This document shows positions 62,301 through 64,000 of a stretch of DNA of 64,000 nucleotides, piece after piece; within the stretch, counting starts at the first letter, position 1, and the number at the start of each line of letters is the position of its first letter. The notes beneath the pieces are model-generated. The model was not told the origin of the DNA, ran no database searches, and worked only from the letters and a program-made list of their open reading frames with translations. Made by a program: the position numbers and the translations under genes. Source of the stretch: Mobula hypostoma (lineage: Eukaryota); assembly GCF_963921235.1 (NCBI RefSeq), contig NC_086107.1, forward strand, positions 116,500,001-116,564,000, written 5' to 3'.

Positions 62301-64000
62301 GGGAGAGGGGTTGATGGAGATGGGGAGGGGGGTGTCAGAGATGTGGAGAGGGGTTGATGGAGATGGGGAGAGAAGGTTTGATGGAGATGTGGAGAGAGGG
62401 GGTGTCAGAGATTGGGGAGAGGGAGTGTCAGAGATTGGGAGAGAGGGGCCGTCGGAGATGGGGAGAGAGGGGTTGTCGGAGATGGGGAGAGGGGGGTTTT
62501 GGAGATGAGGAAGAGAGGGTGTGTCGGAGATGGGGGAGAGAGGGTGTGTCGGAGATGGGGAGAGGGGTTGATGGAGATGGGGAGAGGGGGTTGATGGAGA
62601 TGGGGGGGTGTCGGAGATGGGGAAAGAGGGGTTGTCGGAGATGGAGAGAGGGGTTGATGTAGATGGGGAGGGGGGTGTGTCGGAGATGGGGGAGAGAGGA
62701 GGTGTCAGAGATTGGGGAGAGGGAGTGTCAGAGATTGGGAGAGTGGGGCTGTCGGAGATGGGGAGAGAGGGGTTGTCGGAGATGGGGAGAGGGGGGTGTC
62801 GGAGATGAGGGAGAGAGGGGGTGTCGGAGATGGGGAGAGAGGGTTTGATGGAGATGTGGAGAGAGGGGTTGATGGAGATGGGGGTGTCGGAGATGGAGAG
62901 AGGGGTTGATGGAGATGGGGAGGGGCTTGATGGAGATGGGGAGGGGGGTGTCGGAGATGGGGAGAGAGGAGTTGATGGAGATGGGGAAAGGGGTTGTCGG
63001 AGATGGGGGAGAGGGAGTGTCAGAGATTGGGAGAGAGGGGCCGTCGGAGATGGGGAGAGAGGGGTTGATGGAGATGGGGAGAGGGGGTTGATGGAGATGG
63101 GTGTCCGAGATGGGGAAAGAGGGGTTGATGGAGATGGGGAGAGGGGTTGATGGAGATGGGGAGAGGGGTTGATGGAGATGGGGAGAGGGTGTTGATGGAG
63201 ATGGGGGGTGTCGGAGATGGAGAGAGGGGTTGATGGAGATGGGGAGGGGGTTGATGGAGATGGGGTGGGGGGGTGTCGGAGATGGGGAGAGAGGGGTTGT
63301 CGGAGATGGGGAGAGAGGAGTTGATGGAGATGGGGAAAGGGGTTCTCGGAGATGGGGAGAGGGGGGTTGATGGAGATGGGGAGAGAAGGTTTGATGGAGA
63401 TGGGGAGAGAGGGGTTGATGGAGATGGGGAGAGAGAGTATGTCGGAGATGAAGACAGAGGGGTTGATGGAGATGGGGGGTGTCGGAGATGGGGAAAGAGG
63501 GGTTGTCGGAGATGGAGAGAGGGGTTGTTGGAGATGGGGAGAGGGGGTTGATGGAGATTGGGGGGTGTCGGAGATGGGGAGAGGGGGTTCTCGGAGATGG
63601 GGAGAGAGGGGTGTTGGAGATGGGGAGAGGGGTTGATGGAGATGGGGAGAGGGGTTGATGGAGATGGGGAGAGAGGGGGTGTCGGAGATGGGGGAGAGGG
63701 AGTGTCAGAGATTGGGAGAGAGGGGCCGTCGGAGATGAGGAGAGAGGGGTTGATGGAGATGGGGAGAGGGGGTTGATGGAGATGGGTGTCCGAGATGGGG
63801 AAAGAGGGGTTGATGGAGATGGGTGTCTGAGATGGGGAAAGAGGGGTTGTCGGAGATGGAGGGAGGGGTTGATGGAGATGTAGAGAGAGGGGTTGATGGA
63901 GATGTGGAGAGAGGGGTTGTTGGAGATGGGGAGACGGTTTGATGGAGATGGGGGGTGTCGGAGATGGGGAGAGGGGGTTGATGGAGATTGAGGGGTGTCG
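20379..64000. repeat. Large G-rich satellite array (core GGAGATGGGGAGAG with GGGGTTGAT or GGGGTGTC linkers, ~17-24-bp monomers), running off the window end
   Basis: Continuous tandem variants over >43 kb; the + strand is very G-rich with C almost confined to tgtc. Confidence 0.98.
44510..44709. other. Assembly gap (200 N)
   Basis: Run of exactly 200 N. Confidence 0.99.

Noticed and set aside
20470..63776. Hundreds of G/E/R/M-rich ORFs in the ORF track
   Set aside because: They are translations of the satellite, present in all three frames, with no splice structure or domain.

Overview
Vertebrate genomic DNA; the repeat families (CR1, Rex1-like and RTE LINEs, V-SINEs, Tc1, Penelope-type palindromes) suggest a cartilaginous fish, which is an inference. 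Positions 1-11.9 kb are nested transposon debris. Positions 12.4-18.3 kb hold an intact six-exon CDIPT (phosphatidylinositol synthase) gene on the + strand, 221 aa, behind a CpG island; the ORF track misses it because it is spliced. From about 20.4 kb to the window end is a G-rich, strand-asymmetric satellite with higher-order repeats and a 200-N gap flanked by a probably artefactual ~7-kb duplication. The most notable observations are: (1) a ~227-bp palindromic insertion with a 13-bp TSD and a minimal hammerhead-ribozyme motif on each strand, just upstream of CDIPT; (2) a 46-nt inverted copy of the CDIPT exon 5/donor junction lying between two poly(A) signals; (3) an intron-5 minisatellite complementary to the core of the downstream satellite; (4) a young bipartite RTE-derived non-autonomous element. 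All coordinates were read by eye and no database searches were run.
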